Assembly (NCBI GenBank): GCA_963169515.1
Contig: CAUJEF010000096.1
Location: 1-37,195, forward strand
From: Bdellovibrionota bacterium
GTDB lineage: Bacteria; Bdellovibrionota; Bdellovibrionia; Bdellovibrionales; JAEYZS01
DNA length: 37,195 nucleotides
Direction of reading: 5' to 3'
In this document: in pieces, positions 1 through 9,096 of the stretch
How positions within the stretch are numbered: the stretch's first letter is position 1
How the letters are laid out: each line of letters opens with the position of its first letter
Notes under the pieces: generated by a model
Database searches by the model: none
What the model saw: the letters and a program-made list of their open reading frames with translations, nothing else
What the model was told of the DNA's origin: nothing
Made by a program: the position numbers and the translations under genes

Positions 1-44
1 ATAGCTCCGCCCAATATTAAGGCGACAGTTTTTTTCATTTTCAT
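1..44 (-). CDS. 5' end of a probable secreted protein running off the window (MKMKKTVALILGGA...)
   Basis: ATG at 44 on the minus strand followed by a basic then hydrophobic signal-peptide-like stretch; same strand as the upstream 533-aa gene. Confidence 0.5.
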   Translation of the reverse strand, partial: MKMKKTVALILGGA

Positions 45-112
45 AGTGAGTTAGGCTACAGGAGCAGCCTTCGTAAGTACACGAATGGAACGGCGAGTTA
101 GTCCCTGTCGGC

Positions 113-1714
113 CTACCGTGTTCCCGTGCCGTACTTATGCAAAATAGGATCACGCATGAAGTCGCCTTTGAAAGCGTCACAAACAGAGTTGCTTTGGGAT
201 TGCGAGCAGCAGGCCCCATAGGCAGCGGCAGCGGCACTTTCGATTTCTTTGACGGCTTTGTTTCGCTCGTCACGCTCTTCTTCAGCTTTTTTGGCTTGGC
301 TTTCGGTGACATCTGCGAAAACAAGAAGGCTTTTTGGTTGGCCCGCGGCTTGTTCAAGCAGGCCGCTCATTTCTTCTTCCTCGTGATCGCTTTGTCCCGC
401 GACCTCGCCAATTTCTGCGGTGAGGACTCGAATTCTTTCATTACAAAGTGCTTGCTGTGACTGCGATTTTTGTACGGCGGCTTTCCAATCAGCGTAAAGG
501 GCCTGTTGGTTTTCCCGTGCGGCTTGGAGATCGGCTTGCAATTGATCATTTTGGCTTTTTTGCACAAGAGAAATTTGTGATTGGAGCTGTTTTTGTGCAT
601 CGTTTGCAAGCGTAAGTTTATTGTTAATATCTTGTATGATTACATTGGCATTTCGATAAGCTTGAAGCACCTTGTTTTTAGCGTTGGCAACACAAATTTT
701 GTATTGTGCCCGTGCATCAGCGATCGCGATCTGTTTTACAGATCGTGATGTCATTGAGCGCGCTTTGTGTTTTGCTTTTTCATAAGTGTCTCGGGCAGCT
801 TTGATCAATTGCGATTGACATTCAGACTCTGCATCTGCCTCAGTGCCTTGATATGCATTTCGCACTTTCAGGGCCTCTGTGGTGGATAGTGTTTTAATTT
901 GATTTTGCAATTGTGTCAGTTCTTGGGTCATCTTTAATAGTTCTGCGGCGGCCTTGGTTTGGCTGTTTTTAATTATATTCGGGATGCTATTTTGTACTTT
1001 TTGCAGCTCGGCCTGTTTTTCTCTGATTTCTTTTTGAATGTCTGCGCCGTCATTTGTGCAAGATTTCTTTTCGTCGTTAAGATCTTTTCGCAAATCACGC
1101 AGTCTTGATCGGATGTCTTTTTGATCGGAAGCCCTAGCTGCTAAATATGGACATTTTCTTATGGTTTCTTTTGCTTTGGATTTTAACTCGTCGCCTTCTT
1201 CTTCATAAACTTTTGCAAACTCTTCATCACAAGATTTTTCGTATGCTTTCAAGTCTTCGCTCAAATTGCAGGGTGCATGGTCGTTTGTTTGTGCCTTAAA
1301 CTCTTTGCAAAGCGCAATGCCTTCAGCCTTTCGTTTGTTGTATTCAGTTTTTGCCAGACTACAGGAGTCTTCATCTCCCATCCCTCGGCTTGCAACAGCC
1401 ATTAGCTCTCCGCAAGTTTTTGGGGGTTCTCGTCGCTGCCCGGTTTGTGGATTTACGGGAATGTTTGAGAGAGTGATTTTTTTGTCCTTGTTTATGGTCA
1501 CATTTCCCGAGGCATCTTTTTCGCTAGAGCAGTGGCGTGTAACCATCAAATTATAATAGTAATCTAGCTCGCTTTGATATACTCCCGGGTCTTGAGCGTA
1601 TATAGGATTTTGTGTCATCGCAGGCGAAGTGTTTGTTGATGTTGATTTTCCTGCAAGCGAAAATCCGGGAGCAAACAACGGAATCAATAAAACAAAGGCA
1701 AAACTATTTTTCAT
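113..1714 (-). CDS. Secreted coiled-coil, Cys-containing hypothetical protein (533 aa)
   Basis: Long ORF; N-terminal signal peptide; long Q/K/E/A-rich heptad stretches; scattered cysteines; no family recognised. Confidence 0.8.
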   Translation of the reverse strand: MKNSFAFVLLIPLFAPGFSLAGKSTSTNTSPAMTQNPIYAQDPGVYQSELDYYYNLMVTRHCSSEKDASGNVTINKDKKITLSNIPVNPQTGQRREPPKTCGELMAVASRGMGDEDSCSLAKTEYNKRKAEGIALCKEFKAQTNDHAPCNLSEDLKAYEKSCDEEFAKVYEEEGDELKSKAKETIRKCPYLAARASDQKDIRSRLRDLRKDLNDEKKSCTNDGADIQKEIREKQAELQKVQNSIPNIIKNSQTKAAAELLKMTQELTQLQNQIKTLSTTEALKVRNAYQGTEADAESECQSQLIKAARDTYEKAKHKARSMTSRSVKQIAIADARAQYKICVANAKNKVLQAYRNANVIIQDINNKLTLANDAQKQLQSQISLVQKSQNDQLQADLQAARENQQALYADWKAAVQKSQSQQALCNERIRVLTAEIGEVAGQSDHEEEEMSGLLEQAAGQPKSLLVFADVTESQAKKAEEERDERNKAVKEIESAAAAAYGACCSQSQSNSVCDAFKGDFMRDPILHKYGTGTR

Positions 1715-1744
1715 ACACCCTCACATAGGCTTCTACCGGTAATT

Positions 1745-1772
1745 TTATCGGCTCATTTTGGGCCATTCTTTA
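1745..1772 (-). promoter_or_regulatory. sigma28 (FliA)-type promoter
   Basis: Minus strand TAAA-N16-GCCGATAA about 30 nt upstream of the ATG at 1714; perfect -10 box, spacer 1 nt longer than the E. coli consensus. Confidence 0.7.
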
Positions 1773-1924
1773 AGTGTAACTATATAATTTTCTAGAGCAA
1801 TACATCGTTATCTGAAAGGACGTACCATAATGAAACAAGGGACAAAATTGACGTCAACTTTGTGGACACCCGACCAAAGTATTGCCTGAAAACAGGTATT
1901 TAGAGCGCTAAGTTCAATGTAGAG

Positions 1925-1940
1925 CGGCATCAGGCTTGCT
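1925..1940 (+). promoter_or_regulatory. sigma54 -24/-12 promoter
   Basis: CGGCATCAGGCTTGCT = GG-N10-GC with GGCA...TTGC, upstream of GAGG RBS and ATG 1962. Confidence 0.65.
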
Positions 1941-1961
1941 TTATTTATAGTTGAGGTAACT

Positions 1962-2288
1962 ATGCGTCCTTTAGCGCTTTTAACAGTGATTTTATGCATT
2001 CTGTGTTTTTTCGTAGTCAATATGGCTATGGGAGACGACACAATTGCAGATCAAACGATCACAGAAGATTGGTTTGTTAATGGCGATCCCGGCGACAAAG
2101 ACTATAACTATGATGACGTAGGGTTTGATGCTCTTGAATCAGATTCGTACCTTGCCGGTATTGATAAAGACGATCGCCAGCCTACGGCAAAGCCAGCTCC
2201 CCCAAAGCTCAGAAAAGAAAAAGAGAAAAAAGCGTTAAAGGACAAAAAAGAAATATATAACACCGACGTCGAAGATCCGCTCGGCTAA
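1962..2288 (+). CDS. Small exported protein with acidic middle and basic C-terminal region
   Basis: ORF with GAGG RBS and hydrophobic N-terminus. Confidence 0.7.
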   Translation: MRPLALLTVILCILCFFVVNMAMGDDTIADQTITEDWFVNGDPGDKDYNYDDVGFDALESDSYLAGIDKDDRQPTAKPAPPKLRKEKEKKALKDKKEIYNTDVEDPLG

Positions 2289-2346
2289 AGCCCAGTCTTC
2301 TGCCGACACCCTAATCATCCCATATTTTCTGATCTACAATTAAACC

Positions 2347-2826
2347 ATGAAATTAAAAAATATTGTTCCAGCAGTTGTTCTTATTTTAGCGACCTCTCTC
2401 GGCCTCGCCCAAGAACATCGCCCGAGGGATCGGAATGCGCGTGGACCGGGCCGGACCGACGGACCCGTGATAAACAGATGGAAAATAGAAGCCGAAAAAC
2501 TGGCCAAGCGTGACGTTCCCGCAGAAGAAAAGGCCACGTTGGAAAAATACCTAAATGGAGTAACCAATTGTGAATGGCAAAGGTTTGAACGAAAAAATGT
2601 CGACGATGATTCAACCAAAGAAATCTGCGTTGGCGTTGTGCGGTGTGATCATCCGGATTTATCAAGAATAGAATTTGAAGGCGTATTGTGCGACTCCACA
2701 GAATGTAAAGATGTAGCTACGTGTATGCAGGACTATGAAATCGCATCGTTTCGCAAGGTAATTCCTGCGACATCGGGGCGTGCCGACAAAATTTATTCAC
2801 CAAAAGAATCTAAGGGGAAGCAATGA
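2347..2826 (+). CDS. Secreted Cys-rich hypothetical protein
   Basis: Signal peptide ending GLA-Q; six cysteines in the C-terminal half; stop overlaps the next ATG. Confidence 0.75.
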   Translation: MKLKNIVPAVVLILATSLGLAQEHRPRDRNARGPGRTDGPVINRWKIEAEKLAKRDVPAEEKATLEKYLNGVTNCEWQRFERKNVDDDSTKEICVGVVRCDHPDLSRIEFEGVLCDSTECKDVATCMQDYEIASFRKVIPATSGRADKIYSPKESKGKQ

Positions 2827-3074
2827 TTCGTCTTATACTTATTTTGGGTTTTCTTTTTACGGTCAATGCATCGGCCGTGACCAATGGATATGTGCGCGTT
2901 GAAGGAGTCTTTATGGGCTACGACGAAAACACGGTAAAAATTGATACTGGAGCGCAAAAAGTTTTGGTCCCGCGAAGCGCGGTTTCAAAGATTGATGGAT
3001 TAGAGTCCGGAAAGTCGACAATAAGCACACGTGTTTTGCTGACTGAATTTGTGCGGGTAAATAAGGAAAACTAG
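2823..3074 (+). CDS. Small secreted beta-rich hypothetical protein
   Basis: ATGA overlap with the upstream gene; signal peptide ending ASA. Confidence 0.7.
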   Translation: MIRLILILGFLFTVNASAVTNGYVRVEGVFMGYDENTVKIDTGAQKVLVPRSAVSKIDGLESGKSTISTRVLLTEFVRVNKEN

Positions 3075-3286
3075 TAATACCACAAGTTTTGCAGCGACCA
3101 TAGCCCGCCAACAATAAGGCTAATTAGAGCCAAAAAACGATGGCTTTGGAATTGCACCATAAGTCCTTTTGGCAAGCGCTCTTCCCCCAGCCGAATAAGT
3201 GCGGGCATATTTAAAACAAATGTCGCGACAAGACCGTAAAGAAAAACAAAGTAAGGAAAGATTTTATCTAATTCCTGATATGTCAT
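3071..3286 (-). CDS. Small membrane protein with two TM helices
   Basis: Two hydrophobic segments; start taken at MTYQELDK (3286) rather than 3382. Confidence 0.65.
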   Translation of the reverse strand: MTYQELDKIFPYFVFLYGLVATFVLNMPALIRLGEERLPKGLMVQFQSHRFLALISLIVGGLWSLQNLWYY

Positions 3287-3460
3287 AAACTCTATTCGGT
3301 AAAAAAGATTTGCGATCAAGTCCAAGCCCTTTATGTCAAGTGAAATTAACGACAACCCCGTTCCAAATTGAGACAGGATCAATTATTTTCGAGACTTACA
3401 GTCTTCTCTCCCAGACCCAAAAAATATTTTTTTGTTTTTTCAACCCGGCTATAAAAAGTT

Positions 3461-3469
3461 TGATATACT
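3461..3469 (+). promoter_or_regulatory. Extended -10 sigma70 promoter of 6S RNA
   Basis: TGaTATACT about 10 nt upstream of the start of the closing stem. Confidence 0.6.
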
Positions 3470-3475
3470 AGTGGC

Positions 3476-3657
3476 CGAGGATTCGGTTGCTTGAGGACAG
3501 TGGTAAATAACCCTACAAGGATTACATAAGGGGGCGGTTCTTGGCGATGGTGAGCAAGCTCAGCGTGTACTGAGAAGCCTAAAGTTGTTATACTGCCTAC
3601 CACCTTAAAGAAAATGGGTTATGTATCGAGAGCTTCTTGTGACCGATCCATTTTTTT
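3476..3657 (+). ncRNA. ssrS: 6S RNA
   Basis: About 175-nt rod structure: closing stem GGAT(T)CGGTTGC/GTGACCGATCC, TAACCC/GGGTTA, A-rich central bubble, TAAGG..GGCGGT/ACTGCC..CCTTA, apical CTCAG/CTGAG hairpin, followed by a T7 tract; CCACCT...GGGTT 3' strand typical of 6S. Confidence 0.8.
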
Positions 3658-3737
3658 ATCTTAAATATCCGGAATTCGGATAATTTTTTCAGCATTAAAT
3701 TTGACTTCATCCATCTAAAAAAGTAGCTTTTCCCTCG

Positions 3738-5000
3738 ATGAATGACTTGCAGCTTCAAATGGATTTTACAGTTATGCCAGAGCCTTCTGACGAGCCAAAA
3801 AAGACTGCGCCAAAAATTCACACGGTCAGTCAGCTCAATCAAGCCATTCGTGATGAAATTGAAAGTGAATTTAAACTTGTTTGGGTCAAGGGTGAAATTT
3901 CAAACTTCAAACCCCATACATCCGGACATTTTTATTTTTCTTTGAAAGACGACAAAGCGCAAATTAGCGCGGTCATGTTTAAAGGTTTCAACGCACATTT
4001 AAAATTTAAACCGGAAAATGGTCTTGAGGTTTTGGTTCGCGGTAAAGTCACGGTATATCCGCCGCGCGGGCAATATCAAATTTTCTGCGAGGTCATGGAG
4101 CCCGTGGGCCTTGGGGCGCTCCAATTGCAGTTTGAACAACTCAAAGCAAAACTACAGGCAGAAGGCTTGTTCGATTCAAAACGAAAACGTCCGCTCCCTG
4201 CGCTTCCGCAGAGGGTGGCATTGGTTACCTCGCCAACAGGTGCGGCAATACGCGATATGCTTAATGTTTTAAGCCGTCGTTATCGTGGGCTTGAAATTAT
4301 GTTATTTGCGACCGCAGTCCAGGGCCAGTCAGCCCCAGAAGAAATCGTTTCCGCAATTGAGCTTGCAAATAAAATAGAAGGGTTTGACGTGATGATTATT
4401 GGTCGCGGAGGCGGGTCCATGGAAGATCTGTGGGCCTTCAACAACGAAAAGGTTGCGCGTGCAATCGCGGCTTCAAAAATCCCAACTGTTTCAGGCGTGG
4501 GACATGAAATTGACTTTACAATTGCGGATTTTGTTGCGGATTTGCGTGCGCCGACTCCGTCGGCGGCAGCGGAATTGATCGTAAAAAACGCGGCGGATTT
4601 GCAGGATAAGATTGGGAAAAACTTTGCAACACTGAAGCTTTGCATAAGTAAACGTCTTCAGCTTGAAACACAACACTTAAAAGCCTTACAAAAACAACTG
4701 GTTGATCCGAAAAAGAAATTGCAAGAACTTCAACAACGATGTGATGAGCTTTTTTCCCGCTTAGAAAATGTGGTGTTGAATATATTAGAAAGTTACAAAA
4801 CAAGGATCAATCACATGGGAGCGCTGCTAGACTCCTTTAGCCCGCTTAAGGTCATGGAGCGCGGGTATTCTATTGTTAAAAAAGAAAACAAAATTATTAA
4901 TACGATCAAAAAAATAAAAGAAAAAGATACGGTGACCATTTTATTCCGAGACGGAGAGGCTACCGCCCGAATTGAAAACAAAGGGGAAAAAGATGTTTGA
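3738..5000 (+). CDS. xseA: Exodeoxyribonuclease VII large subunit
   Basis: VWVKGEISNF..SGHFYFSLKD OB-fold, TSPTGAAIRD, GRGGGSMEDLWAFN, GHEIDFTIADFVADLRAPTPSAAAE. Confidence 0.98.
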   Translation: MNDLQLQMDFTVMPEPSDEPKKTAPKIHTVSQLNQAIRDEIESEFKLVWVKGEISNFKPHTSGHFYFSLKDDKAQISAVMFKGFNAHLKFKPENGLEVLVRGKVTVYPPRGQYQIFCEVMEPVGLGALQLQFEQLKAKLQAEGLFDSKRKRPLPALPQRVALVTSPTGAAIRDMLNVLSRRYRGLEIMLFATAVQGQSAPEEIVSAIELANKIEGFDVMIIGRGGGSMEDLWAFNNEKVARAIAASKIPTVSGVGHEIDFTIADFVADLRAPTPSAAAELIVKNAADLQDKIGKNFATLKLCISKRLQLETQHLKALQKQLVDPKKKLQELQQRCDELFSRLENVVLNILESYKTRINHMGALLDSFSPLKVMERGYSIVKKENKIINTIKKIKEKDTVTILFRDGEATARIENKGEKDV

Positions 5001-5214
5001 AAAAAAAATAAAACGACTGGAAGAGATTGTTCAGGCTATGGAGAGCGAAGACCTCGAGCTTGAAAAATCTTTGAATCTTTTTGAAGAAGGCGTTCGTTTG
5101 ACGAAAGAGTGTCAATCCCACCTGACACAAGCAGAACAAAAAGTACGTGTGCTGTTGGGCGTGGATACGAACGGGAATCCAATCACAAAAGATTTTAAGC
5201 CAAACGAGGCCTGA
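4993..5214 (+). CDS. xseB: Exodeoxyribonuclease VII small subunit
   Basis: FEKKIKRLEEIV..LEKSLNLFEEGVRL..C..L..AEQKV; start 4993 overlaps the end of xseA. Confidence 0.96.
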   Translation: MFEKKIKRLEEIVQAMESEDLELEKSLNLFEEGVRLTKECQSHLTQAEQKVRVLLGVDTNGNPITKDFKPNEA

Positions 5215-6065
5215 TGAGTGATTTTCAAAAGACATGGCAAAGCTATGTTGAAGCCCTGCAGTCGTATATGCGGCGGTATACGGAGGCATTAAAATCTAAT
5301 TCGGCCCCAGCATTGAAAAACTTGGTTTCTGCGATGGAATACTCAGCTTTAAATGGGGGCAAGCGGTTTCGTCCGGTTTTAGCATTGGCAACGGCGGACC
5401 TTTTGGGAGCGGCGTCAACGGTGGTTCTTCCATACGCTGCGGCAATCGAGTTCATTCATGCTTATTCGCTTATTCATGATGATTTGCCGGCCATGGATAA
5501 CGATGACGTTCGACGAAACCGGCCTTCAAACCACAAAGTTTATGGTGACGCCGTTGCGCTATTGGCTGGGGACGCGTTGCTAACAGAGGCCTTCGGGGTA
5601 GCAACTTTATCCACAGCAGAACCGCAAAGGGTTTTGCATGCGATCCAATACTTGTCCGAATCCTGTGGCGTTCGGGGGATGGTTGGCGGGCAGGCCATGG
5701 AACTCTACCCCAGGGAGCGGGAGCTTGAGCTCAATGAAATTTTGGAGGTTCACCGCGGCAAAACAGGAGCGCTTATACGGGCGGCAATTCTTGGAGCGGC
5801 CATGCTTGTCGGAGCAGATGAAAAAAAATTTGAAAATCTAAAAAAATATTCTGAGAGCTTAGGTCTTGCGTTTCAAGTCAAGGATGACATTTTAGATGCC
5901 GACAAAATGGAATCGAATAATTTCGTGCACTTTATGGGCCTTGAAAAGGCTAAAAAATACCTTGAAACCCTGACAGAAAACGGTCACTCATGCCTTATAG
6001 ATTTTGGGCAGAGGGCAGGTTTTCTAAAGGAAATTGCCTCTTATAATTTTAAACGCAATGAATAA
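5214..6065 (+). CDS. ispA: Polyprenyl (farnesyl/geranylgeranyl) diphosphate synthase
   Basis: GGKRFRP, SLIHDDLPAMDNDDVRR, GKTGAL, LGLAFQVKDDILD motifs. Confidence 0.95.
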   Translation: MSDFQKTWQSYVEALQSYMRRYTEALKSNSAPALKNLVSAMEYSALNGGKRFRPVLALATADLLGAASTVVLPYAAAIEFIHAYSLIHDDLPAMDNDDVRRNRPSNHKVYGDAVALLAGDALLTEAFGVATLSTAEPQRVLHAIQYLSESCGVRGMVGGQAMELYPRERELELNEILEVHRGKTGALIRAAILGAAMLVGADEKKFENLKKYSESLGLAFQVKDDILDADKMESNNFVHFMGLEKAKKYLETLTENGHSCLIDFGQRAGFLKEIASYNFKRNE

Positions 6066-6813
6066 GCGTGCGGATCAAATTTTGGTTGACCTGGGTCTTT
6101 TTGAATCTCGATCAAAAGCGCAATCAGCAATCGATGAGGGTCTGGTCTTTTTTCAAGGAAAAGTTATCGAGAAGCCAAGTACAAATATCGTTTCAGGTGC
6201 GCGAGCCCAAGATTTTGAGGTGCAGGCGGGCGCGGCCAACCGATTTGTTTCACGTGGGGGTTTAAAGCTCGAGGGTGCGCTGAAAACAATAAAATTAGAC
6301 GTAAGAAACTTTGAGGTTCTTGACGTGGGGATTTCAACGGGTGGGTTTACGGACTGTTTATTACAAGCAGGCGTTCGTTTCGTTGTTGGGGTGGACGTGG
6401 GAAGTGGGCAGATACACTCTAAAATATCAAAAAAACAGAACGTCGAGATTTTTGAAAATACTCATATTAAAGATTTTAAAGCGGATAGAAAATTTGATCT
6501 TGTTGTTGTGGATGTTTCATTCATTTCTTTGAGAAACGTGTTACCGTTTATAACACCAAGGATGAAAAGGCAGGGTCATCTTTTGGCGCTTGTAAAGCCG
6601 CAGTTTGAACTCGATGCGAAAAAATTAGGGAAGGGCGGCATCGTTAAAGATTCAACGCAATTTGAAAAAATAGAAAGTGATTTAAAAACATTTGTTCAAG
6701 AGTTAGAATTAACAGTCTTGGGCTATTTTGAAAGTCCGATTTCTGGAAAAGACGGCAATAAGGAGTTCTTCATCTATGCTTCGAAAAATCTTAACAACAA
6801 TCACTCTTCTTAG
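6058..6813 (+). CDS. tlyA: TlyA family rRNA 2'-O-methyltransferase
   Basis: S4 domain (RADQILV..GL.ESRSKA), FVSRGGLKL, LDVGISTGGFTD, DVSFISL, LVKPQFE, SPISGKDGNKEF; start at MNKRAD. Confidence 0.95.
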   Translation: MNKRADQILVDLGLFESRSKAQSAIDEGLVFFQGKVIEKPSTNIVSGARAQDFEVQAGAANRFVSRGGLKLEGALKTIKLDVRNFEVLDVGISTGGFTDCLLQAGVRFVVGVDVGSGQIHSKISKKQNVEIFENTHIKDFKADRKFDLVVVDVSFISLRNVLPFITPRMKRQGHLLALVKPQFELDAKKLGKGGIVKDSTQFEKIESDLKTFVQELELTVLGYFESPISGKDGNKEFFIYASKNLNNNHSS

Positions 6814-7672
6814 TTTGCTTGCAGGCTGCGCTACGGGTCGTCGTACAGGCGGCGAAACAGACACCGCCGAGCCAAACCAAGAATCTCCAGCATCCCAAGC
6901 CCAAACGGCTTGGTCAGTGCCGCCAAAGATAGGAATTATCCTTGGCCCAGGGGGGATGAAATCTTTTGCTCACATTGGGGTTTTGCGCGAGCTCGAAAGC
7001 GCGCGGATACCGATTAATATGATCGCGGGGATGGAGTGGGGGGCGCTTGTTGCGGGCACATATTCGTTAAAAAGAAAAGCAAACGATGTTGAATGGAAGC
7101 TTTTTAAAATTCCAAAAGATATTTTGCCACGCAAAGAATTTATGGGTCACAGGACGGAACCCACGTCAATGAATGATTTTACACCGTTTTTGGAAAATAC
7201 TTTTGGGAGTATGAATATTACGGATGGCGAAATTCCATTCATATGCCCGACCAAGTCGCTTACGAAATATGCGAGCCTGATTTTTCAAAGAAACAAATAT
7301 GTAGATGCTTTACAGCTGTGCTTGCCGTTTCCCCCACTCTTTAAACCGTATCAAAACTGGGTTGCAAACCCTTACAGTGTGAAGGCTCTGTCGGACGCGC
7401 TGAAGAAAGCTGGCATGGATTATGTTATTCTTGTGAATGTAACTCCTGGAATTCAAAGGCTAAATGATGACGCCTCAGCCGCCGAGTTTATTTTGTGGAA
7501 TCACGTTATGGATGAGATGAATGAGGGAAAAAATTACGTAAATTACGTTATAGACGTTAACATTCAAGACAAAAGCGTTCTCGACTTTGATTCTCGCCGA
7601 GAGTTTATTTCAATCGGTCAACAGTACGGAAAAATTGCTGCCCAAAGACTAGCGCGAATACTGGGGTTTTAG
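6776..7672 (+). CDS. Patatin-like lipoprotein, probably catalytically inactive
   Basis: Lipobox LLAGC; LGPGGMKSFAHIGVL oxyanion region; GMEWG in place of GxSxG. Confidence 0.8.
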   Translation: MLRKILTTITLLSLLAGCATGRRTGGETDTAEPNQESPASQAQTAWSVPPKIGIILGPGGMKSFAHIGVLRELESARIPINMIAGMEWGALVAGTYSLKRKANDVEWKLFKIPKDILPRKEFMGHRTEPTSMNDFTPFLENTFGSMNITDGEIPFICPTKSLTKYASLIFQRNKYVDALQLCLPFPPLFKPYQNWVANPYSVKALSDALKKAGMDYVILVNVTPGIQRLNDDASAAEFILWNHVMDEMNEGKNYVNYVIDVNIQDKSVLDFDSRREFISIGQQYGKIAAQRLARILGF

Positions 7673-7680
7673 TAAAAAAG

Positions 7681-7725
7681 GGTGCCAGGCACCGCCCGGC
7701 CGGTGGCCGGACGGTGCCTGGCACC
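7681..7725. repeat. REP doublet (REPIN-like)
   Basis: GGTGCCAGGCACC and GGTGCCTGGCACC in inverted orientation; 21-bp arms, one mismatch, 3-nt loop; same core flanks the RAYT gene. Confidence 0.85.
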
Positions 7726-7746
7726 AAATCCAAAGGATGCTGATTT

Positions 7747-9084
7747 ATGTCTAGAAAACCGCTTGTTCCCATCGAAATTTTTAAAAAACGTCGCGCAAAA
7801 CTTGCGTCTCAATTTAAAGGTGCTGCGCTAATTTTAACCGCAAACCCAGAATTTGAGCGTAACCATGATGCGGGTTATGAGTACCGTCAGGATACAAATT
7901 TCTTTTATATGACGGGCTTTGAAGAGCCGGAATCAGTATTTGTTTTCCGCCCTGGATGTAAGCCTGAAACAACATTGTTTGTTCGAAAAAGGGATCCCCT
8001 TCGTGAAACTTGGGATGGATTTCGATTTGGGCCTGAAGGCGCAAAAAAAGAGTTCGAAATGGACTCAACCCACGAAATTTCACAACTTTCGACGATATTG
8101 CCGGATTTATTAAAAGAGGTTGGACAAGTTTACTACCGCCTGCGAAAAGACGCGCACTGGGATCAAGAGATTATGAAGGCCATTGAGGAAAACAAAAAAA
8201 ACGAAGGCCGTAGTGGCAAGGGTCTTCTCGCGATACATGATCCGTCGGTGGTAATTGGGGAGGCGCGGCTAATTAAATCAGAAGAAGAAAAGCAATGGAT
8301 GCGGAAAGCCGGTGAAATTTCTGCAAATGCGCATGTCGAAGCGATGAAATTCGTAAGGCCAGGGGTGAACGAGCGCCATGTTCAGGGTGTTATTTACAAT
8401 TCGTTTTATCAACAGAATTCCCCACGGGTAGGTTACAACGCGATCGTGGCTTCTGGCGCGAATGCGTGTGTTTTGCACTATATTTTTAACGACCAAGAAT
8501 GTAAGGACGGCGATTTGCTGTTAATTGATGCCGGAGCCGAATACAATTACTACAGTGGCGATATAACAAGAACATTTCCTGTGAATGGAAAATACACAAC
8601 GGCACAAAAGCAAGTTTATGAAAAAGTTCTTTATGTACAAAAAGCCATTCTTAAAATGATTAAACCCGGGGTTTTATTCGAAGAGCTTCAAAACACGACA
8701 ATTGATATGCTTACAAATGCATTGATTGAATTAAAACTGCTCAAGGGAAAAAAGGAAGATCTGATAGCGAGCAAAGAATTTCGAAAATATTATATGCATG
8801 GCGTTTCGCATTGGTTGGGGATGGATGTCCATGATGCCGGTCTGTATCAGGTGGGTGGAAAATCACGAGCGCTCGAGCCCGGAATGTGTTTTACAGTCGA
8901 GCCAGGTCTTTATATACCGGCCGACGATGCGACCGCACCAAAAGAATTTAGAGGAATCGGCATCCGTATCGAAGACGATATCATTGTTACAGAGGATGGG
9001 TGTGAAATCCTAACCTCAAAAGTCCCAAAAGAAATTAACGAAATCGAAGCCCTAATGGGGTGCCAGGCACCCCCCGTCCGCTAA
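7747..9084 (+). CDS. pepP: Xaa-Pro aminopeptidase (aminopeptidase P)
   Basis: YRQDTNFFYMTGFEEP N-domain; LLIDAGAE..Y.GDITRTFP, HGVSHWLGMDVHD, TVEPGLY, GIGIRIEDD. Confidence 0.97.
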   Translation: MSRKPLVPIEIFKKRRAKLASQFKGAALILTANPEFERNHDAGYEYRQDTNFFYMTGFEEPESVFVFRPGCKPETTLFVRKRDPLRETWDGFRFGPEGAKKEFEMDSTHEISQLSTILPDLLKEVGQVYYRLRKDAHWDQEIMKAIEENKKNEGRSGKGLLAIHDPSVVIGEARLIKSEEEKQWMRKAGEISANAHVEAMKFVRPGVNERHVQGVIYNSFYQQNSPRVGYNAIVASGANACVLHYIFNDQECKDGDLLLIDAGAEYNYYSGDITRTFPVNGKYTTAQKQVYEKVLYVQKAILKMIKPGVLFEELQNTTIDMLTNALIELKLLKGKKEDLIASKEFRKYYMHGVSHWLGMDVHDAGLYQVGGKSRALEPGMCFTVEPGLYIPADDATAPKEFRGIGIRIEDDIIVTEDGCEILTSKVPKEINEIEALMGCQAPPVR

Positions 9085-9090
9085 TCGGAC
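9052..9090. repeat. REP element, left flank of RAYT
   Basis: CTAAT-GGGGTGCCAGGCACCCC palindrome followed by GTCCG-CTAAT-CGGAC hairpin; overlaps pepP 3' end. Confidence 0.85.
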
Positions 9091-9096
9091 GCGAAG

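Noticed and set aside
2286..2309. sigma28-like TAAAG...GCCGACAC before the 159-aa gene
   Set aside because: Spacer of 12 nt is too short compared with consensus and with the other sites here
3379..3842. ORFs 3379-3603 and 3597-3842 on the minus strand
   Set aside because: Antisense to the 6S RNA and xseA; no recognisable protein features
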